From Patellaria atrata CBS 101060 (taxonomy: Eukaryota), in assembly GCA_010093705.1 (NCBI GenBank), contig MU006105.1:115750-161994 (forward strand): 46,245 nt of DNA, in the 5' to 3' direction. A program made the position numbers and the translations under genes. The notes under the pieces were generated by a model that saw only the letters and a program-made list of their open reading frames with translations, ran no database searches and had not been told where the DNA came from. Shown here piece after piece: positions 24,252-36,019 of the stretch (the stretch's first letter is position 1; every line of letters begins with the position of its first letter).

Positions 24252-25224
24252 CTACCAGTCGTATGCCCATCCAGAGTTCGTCTCCATAAATTCTTGACAT
24301 GCCTGCCTGAGAGCGATGTTGGGTCTCAGTTCGCCGATAGTCAAAGGTTCCCTCGTTAAGGGGTCATAAGGATTACGCTTAAGGTGCTCAATAAGAGTTG
24401 CTCTTTCATATGAGTTACCATTTTTTGTTACGACGGCTACCGACATTGGTCAGCATGGGAGCGGGAAATAGCATTTATACTGGGATGAGGCCTTACGATC
24501 GTGCATTATCTCGAAAGAAATATTGTCGACTAGATAGTCGGGTACATCCTACAGAGGGATTTAATTAAAGGTCACTCCACGGCATTACACAGTCACATAC
24601 CCTTACGGCAAGATTTTGCGGATCAGAAAGCGCAAAGGCGCTACGTAAGTCTCCTATTTTCTTTTCCCATGTCTCTCTCACATTAGCTTTCTCCTCTTCT
24701 GCTGTTACAACGCCTATTTCATCCCCTCCCTTTCGCCTCTCGATATTTTGGAGTTCCGCTTTCATATCATCCTGCAACTTGTCTTCTAACTCCCCCAATA
24801 GTTCACTCTTCCTTCTTAACCTCTCCCTTTCCCTCGCCTCCCACTTCATCTTCTTACACTTCAGTACTAGATTAGAAATTGTCTGTGCGGATGAGGTTTG
24901 GGAGGTTGACTTGATACAGAGCTCATATGCCATCAAGGCGGAAGACATGGCCTCATTAGGGTGATTGATGGCAAATTGCGCCTGCGCAAGATAGAAGTAG
25001 GCCTTCATATTATCTCTCAACAGCTCGATGCTGTGTAGACAATCATCGACCACGCCCTCCCATCGTTCGAGCTTGACACGCGCGTTCGCTCGGTTGGTCC
25101 AGAGTATGGGGTTCGATGAGTACTTCTGTATCGCTTGTGAGTAGAATGCCTCGGCAGATTCGAAATCGCCGTTTTTGAAGCAGGCATTGCCTTTCTCTTT
25201 CAACTGATCCGCAATATGTGCCAT
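24252..25224 (-). CDS. CHIP/STUB1-like TPR + U-box E3 ubiquitin ligase
   Basis: TPR ADQLKEKGNACFK...TNRA; U-box DVPDYLVDNISFEIMHDPVVTKNGNSYER...DPLTREPL...PNIALR. Exons 25224-24601, 24548-24497, 24436-24252. Confidence 0.92.
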
Positions 25225-25637
25225 CGTGGGAAATGGAAATTCGGGTTGGGCGAGCTTGACAAAGCTGAAGCTGTTGCGGAAACCGGAGGGGTAGCCACTC
25301 GGATGTGTTGCCCATGGAAACTTCTGGCTGCTTTTTGAAGGTTAGTCAGACGAGCTTTCAGCCTTTCATCGTGTTGTAGGGGCATTTTGTGTCGCTGGGG
25401 ATTCGGCGTTTATAAGAGGTCCAACAGTTCCCGTTTGTGAATATGCATCACGTCTATACTGTTACTGTATGTTTGGTGAATGGGGTGAATGATGCAATAA
25501 GGTTGCTGTTTCATGCTGTCTATTAGCGGCACATGTGACAACGTGATGCGCTAAAACGTGTCCCCCCCTTCGTCATCGTCTCGCCGGCTTTCCCACGTCT
25601 TCCACCATCTCAGTTCCGACAATGTCAATCGACGATA

Positions 25638-28600
25638 ATGGTAAACCTAAAAGCGGCCACTGTGTCGAACCAAGTCATCAGAAAGAGGAAGAGAAAGACG
25701 GAGGATGAGTTCGCGCGAACTGAGGAACCGCACAATGATACACCTGCTGTCCATTCCCCGTACGACGATTCGATAACTACAACTGTCCCGACAAAGGCTC
25801 ACGATGGAGGAAAAAAGCCTCGGAGGACAAAAAAGACGACTGATGATAATACACAACTGCCGTCAACATTACGACGAGGCTCCTCCACCACGGTCGAATC
25901 GTCCATCCCTTGGTCAGCTCACTTCACAAAGTTAAATCAGACCTTTCGCGCGCTTAATCTCGTCTACACCTTTCTATGTACCCGGAAACATATGGCTACT
26001 ACGTTCGAAAATCTGAAGAGCACTGTTGAGGGTCATATCAAGCGGGAACTGCTTGTTGGTGACATTGCAAAAATAAAGACACTATTACCACAAGCAGTCG
26101 CTTTCAGCTATATTGATGAAGCGACGCTTCAGATCAATCTAATAGGAGGGGAGGATAATTTTAAGGGAGGAAGAACTCAAGAGTTTATTATTCCAGAGTC
26201 ACAACATAAGTCCAGTGAAGATAGCAAAGAGGTATTGTTATTTGAGTTCGTTGACGGCGACTTGAGACGCCAGGTTCAAAACACTAAAACTGGAGATCCA
26301 GTGAATGCTACACGGAAACTCAGACAAGAAGACATTAAAATGCCCGTCTTCAGTCAGAAACAGATGATGAACTTGATCGACAAGCGAAATAGGAAATTCA
26401 CATCTGCAGTCAATGCATTCCTGAACGACTGCGCTGAACAGAATGTTGATGCTTTCGAGAAACTCCAAGAGGAAACCGTACAGAACATTCCCCTTCCGTC
26501 AGATAGTGGGGCTGGAACACCGGGTCCGTTTCAGAACCGCGCAAAACTTCCAACCACAATACCTCAAGAGAGGAAGTCTATACCTGAAATTATCGCTGAG
26601 ATTAGAACCCTGGAATGGTATACCGGTCAAATTGTACCTGATGGTCACCGAGTATTCGATCCTCAACCCCCGATATATGGTGAGCTGAAATTTGAATTAT
26701 CCCAGAATCTAGTTAATGCTTTATACAACACGCGTAATATAACACAACTATACGCACATCAAGCGGAAGCTATAAATAACCTTTACGATGGTCATAATGT
26801 AATAATATCCACGTCAACAAGTTCGGGGAAGTCGTTGATTTACCAAATCCCTGTATTACATGAGCTAGAGCGAGAACAGAAGACGCGAGCTATGTATATC
26901 TTCCCAACGAAGGCTCTCGCTCAGGATCAGCGCCGAGCGTTAAAAGAGCTTCTGAGGTATATGGTCAGTCTTCAAGACCTTGTAGTCGAGACTTTCGATG
27001 GCGATACTAGCATGGCGGATCGAAATTATATCCGGGACGAAGGAAGGATCATCTTTACAAATCCAGATATGCTCCATATCACCATTCTACCACAGGAAGA
27101 ACAGTGGCGCATCTTCCTTCAAAATCTCCGATTCGTTGTTGTCGACGAGCTTCATGTTTACAATGGTCTTTTCGGCTCACACGTTGCACTTATTATGCGA
27201 CGCCTACGTAGAATATGTGCAGCGGTGGGAAACCGCAATGTTAAGTTTATCTCGTGTTCCGCTACTGTTGCTAATCCCAAGGAACATATGAAGACCATTT
27301 TCGGTGTTGATTCTGTCAAGCTTACGGATTTCGATGGATCTCCTTCTGGGAGGAAGGAATTCTTGTGCTGGAACACGCCGTTCAAGGATCCTGGAGATCC
27401 TACTTCTGGCCGAGGTGACTCGATCGCTGAGTCTGCAAAACTGTTTTGTCAATTGATCCTTAGAGGCGTAAGAGTCATTGCGTTCTGTCGGATCAGGAAG
27501 CAATGTGAACTTCTGTTGAATTCGGTTAAGAATGAGCTAAATAATCTGGAGAGACCCGAGGTGATGGTGAGAGTGATGGCGTATCGCGGAGGATATACAC
27601 CGCAAGACCGCCGCCAGATCGAAAGAGAGATGTTCGATGGCAAGTTGGTTGGGATTGTGGCTACAAATGCGCTAGAATTGGGAGTTGATATAGGCTCCCT
27701 AGATTCGGTTATCACTGTTGGATTTCCCTATACTATTGCTAACTTGCGACAACAGAGCGGTAGAGCTGGACGGAGAAACAAAGATTCGCTCTCTGTGTTG
27801 ATCGGAGACTCTTTTCCTACTGACCAGTACTACATGCAAAATCCAGAAGAAATATTTACTAAACCGAACTGCGCGTTACAAGTCGATCTTAAAAACATGC
27901 TGGTCCTGGAAGGCCATCTTCAATGCGCAGCTCATGAGATGCCTATTCGACCGGAGGATGATAAAAAGTACTTTGGCGACTTGCTACCCTCGATTTGCAA
28001 GGAACGCATGCGTAAAGACGATATAGGCTTCTATCACTGTAACGAACGATTCCTCCCCTACCCCTCTCAACACGTCTCCATCAGGGACACCGAGGACACA
28101 CACTTCGCCATCATCGACACAACCAATAACCGAAATATCGTTCTGGAAGAGCTTGAAGCGTCCCGGGCCTTCTTCACCGTCTACGAAGGCGGCATTTTCC
28201 TTCACCAAGGGATGTCCTACCTAGTCAAAGAATTCAGCCAGGAGCGCATGGTTGCAAAAGTCGAGCATGTAAACGTCGATTGGACGACTCAACAACGTGA
28301 CTTTACCGATGTGGACCCCATCGAGACTGAAGCCATACGGCGCATTCCTAACACACTATCCCGGGCTTTCTATGGCCCCATACGCATCAAACAGGTCGTC
28401 TTCGGTTTCTTCAAAGTAGATAAGCGCCGCCGCATCCTCGATGCCGTCTCAGTAGACAACCCGCCCATTGTCCTACTGTCAAAGGGTATGTGGCTCGATG
28501 TCCCGAAAACTGCGCTCGACATCCTCACAGATAGACGTCTTAATATCGCCGCCGCTATACATGCAGCCGAACATGCCTTTCTCTCACTCATGCCCAACTT

Positions 28601-29117
28601 CGTCATCTCCATGCCCGGCGACGTTCGCACAGAGTGCAAAAACGCCATCAAAGAGTTCGCAAAGCGCGAAACCTCCCGCAAGCGTCCCGCACGCCTCACG
28701 TTTTACGACGCGAAAGGTGGGGCAGCGGGCTCCGGAATTAGCACCAAGGCCTTCGAGTTCGTCGACGTGTTGCTCAAGCAGGCTTGCGATAGAGTCGAGG
28801 CTTGTTTCTGCCAGGAGGGCTGTTTGGAGTGCTGCTGCGACGAGAGGTGTAAGGAGGGGAACCAGGTCATGAGTAAAGCGGGTGCGGGAGTTATTCTGAA
28901 GAGCTTGCTCGGACGCAAGATTGATCTTGACGCTCTACCGTGGGGAGAAGAGGAGAATGTGCCTGCGGGTGTCGAGACGGTTGTTCCGGCAGAGGTGGTG
29001 AGGCCGGCGAGAGGAAAGAGGGTTGAGGTTGTAGAGGTTAGGATGGAGGAAGGGGGGCAGGTGAAGGTTAAATTTGAAGAGGTCGAGGGTGGGGAGGCCT
29101 TAGTGAACCGCGGTTGA
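25638..29117 (+). CDS. HRQ1: Hrq1 RecQ4-like ATP-dependent DNA helicase
   Basis: LYAHQAEA, TSTSSGKS, PTKALAQDQ, DELH, SAT, ATNALELGVDIG, QQSGRAGRR, and a C-terminal DUF1998-type region with HAAEH and CFCQEGCLECC. Confidence 0.93.
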   Translation: MVNLKAATVSNQVIRKRKRKTEDEFARTEEPHNDTPAVHSPYDDSITTTVPTKAHDGGKKPRRTKKTTDDNTQLPSTLRRGSSTTVESSIPWSAHFTKLNQTFRALNLVYTFLCTRKHMATTFENLKSTVEGHIKRELLVGDIAKIKTLLPQAVAFSYIDEATLQINLIGGEDNFKGGRTQEFIIPESQHKSSEDSKEVLLFEFVDGDLRRQVQNTKTGDPVNATRKLRQEDIKMPVFSQKQMMNLIDKRNRKFTSAVNAFLNDCAEQNVDAFEKLQEETVQNIPLPSDSGAGTPGPFQNRAKLPTTIPQERKSIPEIIAEIRTLEWYTGQIVPDGHRVFDPQPPIYGELKFELSQNLVNALYNTRNITQLYAHQAEAINNLYDGHNVIISTSTSSGKSLIYQIPVLHELEREQKTRAMYIFPTKALAQDQRRALKELLRYMVSLQDLVVETFDGDTSMADRNYIRDEGRIIFTNPDMLHITILPQEEQWRIFLQNLRFVVVDELHVYNGLFGSHVALIMRRLRRICAAVGNRNVKFISCSATVANPKEHMKTIFGVDSVKLTDFDGSPSGRKEFLCWNTPFKDPGDPTSGRGDSIAESAKLFCQLILRGVRVIAFCRIRKQCELLLNSVKNELNNLERPEVMVRVMAYRGGYTPQDRRQIEREMFDGKLVGIVATNALELGVDIGSLDSVITVGFPYTIANLRQQSGRAGRRNKDSLSVLIGDSFPTDQYYMQNPEEIFTKPNCALQVDLKNMLVLEGHLQCAAHEMPIRPEDDKKYFGDLLPSICKERMRKDDIGFYHCNERFLPYPSQHVSIRDTEDTHFAIIDTTNNRNIVLEELEASRAFFTVYEGGIFLHQGMSYLVKEFSQERMVAKVEHVNVDWTTQQRDFTDVDPIETEAIRRIPNTLSRAFYGPIRIKQVVFGFFKVDKRRRILDAVSVDNPPIVLLSKGMWLDVPKTALDILTDRRLNIAAAIHAAEHAFLSLMPNFVISMPGDVRTECKNAIKEFAKRETSRKRPARLTFYDAKGGAAGSGISTKAFEFVDVLLKQACDRVEACFCQEGCLECCCDERCKEGNQVMSKAGAGVILKSLLGRKIDLDALPWGEEENVPAGVETVVPAEVVRPARGKRVEVVEVRMEEGGQVKVKFEEVEGGEALVNRG

Positions 29118-29684
29118 GGATGTATTTGAGCGAGAGAATACATTCTACGAGGCGACGACTACTTCGAACATGAAAGAAATAGCGAATATAAGAGACGTAC
29201 CACCAGGGCTCTGTACATTGAACTGCTTCACTTGAGATCAACGGAGGTATATAATTCATAAAGCGGACGAACCCTAATGTGAGTAGTATAGTAAAGTACA
29301 ACAGATATGCCTGAGTTCTAGGATCATAATGTGATAGCTTTCTATCTGACTGGTAATGATATAAAGTTGTTCTATGAAGTGTAACTCAGTACAAGCGTAT
29401 GTGACGGTTCGGCTCTGATTGAGAGGGGTATCAATATTGAGCTGAACCGAACAATCGAGTTGTGCAGAGGAGCAACGGGATGGAAAACAAAGCTGGACAA
29501 ATATGTCGTATATCTTCTTCGCCCGGGATACCATGATCCCAGGCTCAGCGATCCAAGCAGGGCTCATTGATCAGTGTTGAACTTCGCTGGTGCTACTGTT
29601 GAGCTTTTCGCACGTTTGGTAATTTTTCATTCGAAACACTTTTTCAGAGCCAGACCTTTTTAATTCTATCAATCCCTTTGTAAC

Positions 29685-30409
29685 CTACTCTTCAGCCAAG
29701 TCTTGACACCTATAATCACCGAGGTGGATAGAATTCTCAAAGGAAAGCTCTTCCGATGTAGCAATACACGATGCCGTAGCATAATCCCCATCGTGACTGA
29801 TACTGATGGGGATTATCTGATGCCTGCGCATCGGCACCTCGTAATGCTTGTGCGCCTTTTCTTCTCTCGTCATGTCTGCCATGTCATGAATGAAAAGACG
29901 GTGTATTTCATCCTTCGCAATCGTTTTCAGACGGTGCTCGAAAATGAACGCATCTGGCGGGAATCGGGTAGAGTATGGAGCCAGCACCACTATATCCCTC
30001 ATGTGTAGTTGAGACGGGATCGCTTTTATAACTGCTTCTTTAGCTGCCCATCTATTCACCTGTTAGTAAAGGGGGGTTGATGCCGGAAAGAGATCTCTAT
30101 AGGATATTCTCATAGCAAGATAGTAACCTACCTGCCGGCAAGGAACCTGGTTGCGTCATTGAAAATAACATCATCACTAAAGATACGCCGGGGATTATAG
30201 AATTTTCTCCAAAATCTGACGATCTCGTTGCCTACGAATAACTTGGAGAGGAATGCGAGAAGATGGTTCGGATTGTTTGCATTTTCTTGGAGTGATTGAG
30301 ATCCTGTTATCAATTTTTTAATACGCGGGATATGACATATGTCTGTCCCTATGCGATAAGGGTACGGGGATCTCGATTTTGAAAAAATTTGGCGTGTTAA
30401 CCTTGACAT
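29685..30409 (-). CDS. AcpS-type 4'-phosphopantetheinyl transferase (mitochondrial Ppt2/PptB-like)
   Basis: GTDICHIPRI, FLAGR/WAAKEAVIKA joined by intron 30131-30052, SISHDGDYATA. MSRLTRQIFSKSRS resembles a presequence; alternative ATG at 30439. Confidence 0.85.
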
Positions 30410-30597
30410 TGTATGTTGACACAGTGAGTCTCCAGGCATGCGGAAAACGCGTCAAAGCTCCCATCGTGATCAGTCAATGTAAGATATCCATTCTTTGGTA
30501 TCTCAGCCTTACAATACACAATACAGGACTATACTATTCATTCGTACATAAAGGTATAGAAATACAGATGAAGTCATTTGTATATCGATTTGGTTAA

Positions 30598-31386
30598 TTA
30601 TTCATCTCCTACGGCCTTCGCGTAGTCCGTACCGAATTCACGATACCATCTATCCACCACCTTTTGCCCCATACCGGCGCTAACAATGGTCTTATCTTCT
30701 TCTAAACCTTTTATGATACAATTCATAAATTCCTCCATGCTCAAAGCAACGGGATTCATTGCCTTCTTATTGTCGTCCGGATCACTCCTCTCGCGATGAA
30801 GGTCTGATTCTACCAGAGGTGGAACTATTTCGACAACTCTTACATTACTCTCCTGGAGCTGAGTTCTCAAGTTCATGGTAAAGAAATGTATCCAGGCCTT
30901 TGTCGCATTGTAGACTGGGTTGACAACGTTGAATGGGATGATACCGAGGGCTGAGGAAACATTCATGATGACTCCACCGTTAGGTTGGGACTTGAAATGC
31001 TCCAGTATACTGACGGAGAGATGTAGCGGTCCTCGAACATTAATATCGATCTCTTGATCCGCCTTCTGTAAGATATCCTCTGGCTTGTCTTCCAAGTAAC
31101 TTAACGGTTTCTGAACACCTGCGTTATTGACGAGACAATCGACATCCGGATTCTCTGATATGACATTCCTGATAAAGCTCGGAATATTAGCTATATCGCC
31201 AGTATCGATCAAGTAGTATCCAGCGGCTCCTATGGCCTGGGCAGTTTCTTTCAGTTTTGACTCCGTCCGACCCGCTATTATGACCTTCTTTCCTTGGGAG
31301 ATGAAATATTCCGAGATGGCTCGCCCAATACCACCTGCTCCACCAGTGACCAAGGCGCAACGGAATTTTAGATTTCGAGGAGACAT
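30598..31386 (-). CDS. Short-chain dehydrogenase/reductase (DltE-like), intronless
   Basis: TGGAGGIG, NNAG, NVSS, catalytic YNATK; start MSPRNLKF at 31386. Confidence 0.9.
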   Translation of the reverse strand: MSPRNLKFRCALVTGGAGGIGRAISEYFISQGKKVIIAGRTESKLKETAQAIGAAGYYLIDTGDIANIPSFIRNVISENPDVDCLVNNAGVQKPLSYLEDKPEDILQKADQEIDINVRGPLHLSVSILEHFKSQPNGGVIMNVSSALGIIPFNVVNPVYNATKAWIHFFTMNLRTQLQESNVRVVEIVPPLVESDLHRERSDPDDNKKAMNPVALSMEEFMNCIIKGLEEDKTIVSAGMGQKVVDRWYREFGTDYAKAVGDE

Positions 31387-32206
31387 TATGATAGATATTG
31401 AGAAAGGTAAGGGGCGAAACTGTTCCTTTGTTGAAATATTTTTGATTAGAATATCCAAATCGTCAAGTATATTCCATCCTAAGGTATTTTAGTACGCAAG
31501 TAAACTGATGTAGTTATCTTCGTCATGACGTTTACACTCTCCTTTTACGATATAGGCTGAAGATCGCTAAGGTAGAGGAAGAATGTATTTGAGCCGTCTA
31601 AAGATCCGGAGCAACAATACTGAGGATACAAGGTACAACGAGCATATATGCGTATTGTCTTTAGGTATTGCTAACTGTACAGTACAGAGTCCCTAACCTC
31701 CACTGGGAACAAAGAAAAGGGTTTCTACAGTACATCATAAAGCAACATGCAACGAGCACTGTACTGTACCCAGATTCTGAGAATATGTATCCTGGGTTGA
31801 GACATGAATTCTGACTGAATTTCATACAAACAAAAGTTACAAACAGCAGAGTTTTATGCTGTAGCTTACACAAGTAAAGAAATTATGCTGATGAAGTGAT
31901 GGTTTTCTTGATACTGTTGATAGTTGCCCCTCGTAACAATCCGGTCGTTTCGGGTTGCGAGCCAAAACACTCAAGGTACCTTACCATACCTGCATAAGCA
32001 TAACGGCTGTCCGAGCTCCCAGTTCACTCCCATCACTAAAGTGATAACTTCTTGTTACCAAAGTATAACTTACTCCAGTCTCTTCAATATTGTACATACA
32101 ATTGCTTTGACTCCATCAAATTATACGACCTTACCCGCATCATTGTTTACGAGTCGCGCATTCCGTACATCATTCCATCTGTTGCGACAATTGCGCGCCG
32201 GTCGCT

Positions 32207-35200
32207 ATGGACCGACCTTTGACTCCAAATGGGCCTCCTCCCTTTTATTCAGGTCCACCCTCCTATTCTGCAGCAGATGAGGAAGATCACACGCCTACTC
32301 ATCCGTCTCACAATGTGTCAACAATGCGCTTGTTGACATCGGTAGAGGAGAGCGCATATAGATCGTTAGTAAAGTCTTCTTCAATGAACTTAGATCCTTC
32401 TCATACATCGCAACGCACACATTGTCAATCTGGAGATTACTCTTTGAAAGCACAAGAAAATGTAGAAAACGCAATTGTAGACCTATCACAGGAAGCTTCC
32501 AACTCTCATTCAAAACTTTCTCATCCTGTATCTCCTACTCAAAATAAGAAGCGCGTTAAAATTCCCCTCACACCAACCAAGCGAAATCAAGGATCAAAAG
32601 ACTCATTGTATAAACATGAAAACAGACCATCACCCCTGAATCGATCATATCAACCATCCGCGACGCCCTACTCTCATTCTAGAGCACCATCGATCATTGA
32701 TGACGCCCCGAATATACCTCCACCTACCAACGGGACGCCTCAATATATGCCATATAGGCCATCGTCTCCCTCAGCGCGTTCAGCACGTTCTTCCGCATCA
32801 CGACCAATTTCCCCATCCAGGAACTCGAGCGATTGGAAAAGGCCTCCAGCATCTAGTGTATCATATGAGCCCCCAGATCTCAACGGTGATCCACGCCCTG
32901 GAACACCATCGTCTCAGTATGGCGGAAGTCCAAAACGTCCGTTACCGCCGGCTCCGCTTTTCGCAGGTGGTCGTCCTGTTTCAAGGGACTCGAATATGAC
33001 TTCAGTTGAGGAAACGACGATACCAATTGGTACCGATACTGACGATGTTTTCGCACCTAACCTCAACCGTCCAGATCTAAACGGCAGGGAATCCTTTATT
33101 TCGCAGACAACATACACGGAGGAGGATGACTACGATGAAAAGTCGGATTTTAAGCATCACGAGGAACAGATCCGGAGGGGAGCAAGACCTGCGCAAATGG
33201 CAAAGAAAGAGGTGAAATTGATCAATGGTGAACTCGTTCTCGAGTGCAAGATCCCCACAATTTTGTACAGTTTTCTGCCACGAAGAGATGATGTAGAATT
33301 TACCCATATGCGTTATACTGCGGTTACGTGCGATCCAGATGATTTCGTCTCGAGAGGTTATAAGTTACGTCAGAACATTGGAAATACAGCAAGAGAAACG
33401 GAGTTGTTTATCTGTATTACGATGTATAACGAGAACGAGATCGACTTCACGCGGACAATGCATGGTGTCATGCGCAACATCACTCATTTCTGTTCCCGAG
33501 CGAAATCACGAACCTGGGGTAAAGACGGTTGGCAGAAAATTGTTGTTTGTATTATATCAGACGGACGACAAAAAGTGCATCCACGAACATTGGACGCCTT
33601 GGCAGCTATGGGAGTCTATCAGGACGGTATCGCTAAGAATCTAGTCAATCACCGCGAGGTCACGGCTCACGTATACGAATACACCACCCAAGTCTCGCTG
33701 GACTCGGACCTCAAATTCAAGGGCGCAGAGAAGGGTATTGTACCTTGTCAAATGATATTTTGCCTTAAGGAGAAGAACCAAAAGAAACTCAACTCACATC
33801 GTTGGTTCTTTAATGCATTTGGCAAGGCTCTGAATCCCAATATTTGTATTCTCCTCGACGTCGGAACCAAGCCAGGCGATACATCTCTATATCATCTTTG
33901 GAAAGCATTTGATACCGATTCCAATGTGGCTGGTGCAGCCGGTGAGATCAAAGCTGGTAAGGGTAAAGCTTGGCTTGGACTGCTGAACCCCTTAGTTGCA
34001 TCCCAGAACTTCGAATATAAATTGTCAAACATCTTAGACAAACCTTTGGAATCCGTATTCGGCTACATCACAGTCCTTCCTGGAGCGTTGAGTGCGTACA
34101 GATACCATGCGCTTCAGAATGACCATACAGGTCATGGTCCCTTGAGCCAGTATTTCAAGGGAGAGACACTACATGGACAAGACGCGGATGTTTTTACAGC
34201 GAACATGTATCTTGCTGAAGATCGTATTCTGTGCTGGGAACTGGTCGCTAAGAGAAGTGAGAGATGGGTGCTGAAGTATGTGAAGAGCGCTACAGGTGAA
34301 ACAGACGTACCAGGTAAGAAACCGTATATTACTATGTTGTGGTTCCATACTGACTTCATCGTAGATGCGGTTCCAGAGTTTATATCACAGCGACGTCGTT
34401 GGCTAAATGGAGCTTTCTTCGCTGCTGTTTACTCGCTTCTCCATTTCAAACAGATATGGGTGACAGATCATACTATCGCACGCAAGATTCTCCTACACAT
34501 CGAATTCCTCTACCAATTTGTCAGCCTACTGTTCACCTATTTCTCGCTCGCAAACTTCTATCTCACATTCTACTTCATCGCCGGCTCGCTTGCGGATCCT
34601 CGACTCGACCCTTTTGGCCATAACGTCGGAAAAGTGATTTTTGTTATTCTCCGCTACGCCTGCGTACTGCTTATCTGCATGCAATTCATTTTATCCATGG
34701 GTAACCGGCCGCAAGGAGCTAAAAAGATGTTCATGTGGTCGATGATAGTTTACTCTATCATTATGGCCTATACAACGTTCGCATCCATTTATATTGTCAT
34801 TAGACAGTTGAATGACCCTAAGGCCGATCTTACACTCGGTAATAACGTCTTCACGAATTTGATCGTATCCACATGTTCGACAATTGGCCTTTACTTCCTA
34901 ATGAGCTTTCTGTACCTGGATCCCTGGCACATGTTTACTTCGTCGATACAATACTTCGCCTTATTACCAAGTTATATTTGTACACTGCAGGTTTACGCAT
35001 TTTGTAACGCGCACGACGTCACATGGGGGACCAAAGGCGACAATATTCTGCAGACTGATCTTGGTGTAGCAAAGGCTAATGAGAAAGGATTCGTCGAGTT
35101 AGAAATGCCATCAGAACAACTCGACATCGACAGCGGATATGATGAAGCTCTCCGTAACCTCCGGGATAGGGTTGAAGTAGAGAAACCAGGTATTTCCGAA

Positions 35201-35599
35201 TCTCAGGCCCAAGAAGACTACTACCGCGCCGTACGAACATACATGGTCGTCATCTGGATGATAGCCAACGCTACTTTGGCCATGGCCGTCAGCGAAGCAT
35301 ACTCTGCAACTAAGATCTCGGATAACTTCTATTTGAAGTTCATCCTTTGGTCTGTCGCCTCGATTGCGCTGTTCCGCGCTATTGGGAGCTCGGCATTTGG
35401 TGTGATCAACATCATTCACAGCATTGCGGAGGCTAGAATGAAGTGGGGTGAGAAGAAATTGTTTGGCAAGAGTAAGAGTTATGTGCCAAGTTCTAGAGGC
35501 AGCAGTTGGGCACCAACGTGGGTGAGCAGTTCGGCCAGCTGGGTTAGTAGTAAGGCCAGTTCGTGGACGCCTAGTAGTATAGCGAGTTCAAGGGGTTAA
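32207..35599 (+). CDS. Chitin synthase, family 1 (probably class II)
   Basis: [46 protein letters not shown] and C-terminal TM helices. Contains a 51-nt stop-free intron at 34314-34364. Confidence 0.95.
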   Translation: MDRPLTPNGPPPFYSGPPSYSAADEEDHTPTHPSHNVSTMRLLTSVEESAYRSLVKSSSMNLDPSHTSQRTHCQSGDYSLKAQENVENAIVDLSQEASNSHSKLSHPVSPTQNKKRVKIPLTPTKRNQGSKDSLYKHENRPSPLNRSYQPSATPYSHSRAPSIIDDAPNIPPPTNGTPQYMPYRPSSPSARSARSSASRPISPSRNSSDWKRPPASSVSYEPPDLNGDPRPGTPSSQYGGSPKRPLPPAPLFAGGRPVSRDSNMTSVEETTIPIGTDTDDVFAPNLNRPDLNGRESFISQTTYTEEDDYDEKSDFKHHEEQIRRGARPAQMAKKEVKLINGELVLECKIPTILYSFLPRRDDVEFTHMRYTAVTCDPDDFVSRGYKLRQNIGNTARETELFICITMYNENEIDFTRTMHGVMRNITHFCSRAKSRTWGKDGWQKIVVCIISDGRQKVHPRTLDALAAMGVYQDGIAKNLVNHREVTAHVYEYTTQVSLDSDLKFKGAEKGIVPCQMIFCLKEKNQKKLNSHRWFFNAFGKALNPNICILLDVGTKPGDTSLYHLWKAFDTDSNVAGAAGEIKAGKGKAWLGLLNPLVASQNFEYKLSNILDKPLESVFGYITVLPGALSAYRYHALQNDHTGHGPLSQYFKGETLHGQDADVFTANMYLAEDRILCWELVAKRSERWVLKYVKSATGETDVPGKKPYITMLWFHTDFIVDAVPEFISQRRRWLNGAFFAAVYSLLHFKQIWVTDHTIARKILLHIEFLYQFVSLLFTYFSLANFYLTFYFIAGSLADPRLDPFGHNVGKVIFVILRYACVLLICMQFILSMGNRPQGAKKMFMWSMIVYSIIMAYTTFASIYIVIRQLNDPKADLTLGNNVFTNLIVSTCSTIGLYFLMSFLYLDPWHMFTSSIQYFALLPSYICTLQVYAFCNAHDVTWGTKGDNILQTDLGVAKANEKGFVELEMPSEQLDIDSGYDEALRNLRDRVEVEKPGISESQAQEDYYRAVRTYMVVIWMIANATLAMAVSEAYSATKISDNFYLKFILWSVASIALFRAIGSSAFGVINIIHSIAEARMKWGEKKLFGKSKSYVPSSRGSSWAPTWVSSSASWVSSKASSWTPSSIASSRG

Positions 35600-36019
35600 G
35601 AGATGTTGCTCGCTTCGATATATTCAGACGATTGGGATATGTTGTTCACTTCGATATTAAGACAAATGAAGGCGTATTGGTGTTTTCAGTTCTTGCTCAA
35701 AGGATTGGGATGATTTTGTATGATATTCTGGGATATCCACCGGTGTGTGGATGGAAGATGTAATGAGTCTTTGAAATCGATGGAAAAGTTAATATGAAGA
35801 ATGCATGAATTTAGTTGAATATGAGTTTAAATGTCGTATATTGATGTCACCTGCCGGCGCGCTGGAGAGAAACGCCAAGTCCAACTTCGCGCTTTCCACG
35901 CGCCCCCCAAAACGAACTGCATCCAGCAACTTTTATTTAATTCCTTTTTCTACACACACTCTCTCTCTCGACAGTCGCTCTCATACCTGTTATCTGCAAC
36001 TCAATATTCCTGACTGTAG

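Noticed and set aside
17762..25224. RING, BTB and CHIP genes as a ubiquitin gene cluster
   Set aside because: These are large, common families interleaved with an unrelated gene; there is no sequence evidence of co-regulation.
25647..29143. Numerous antisense and alternate-frame ORFs within HRQ1 (and similarly within CHS, ORC4, FOX2)
   Set aside because: Shadow ORFs of long coding sequences, with no recognisable motifs.
29685..31386. PPTase plus SDR as a secondary-metabolite cluster
   Set aside because: The PPTase is the small AcpS type, typically serving mitochondrial ACP; no PKS or NRPS is present and the neighbours are housekeeping genes.
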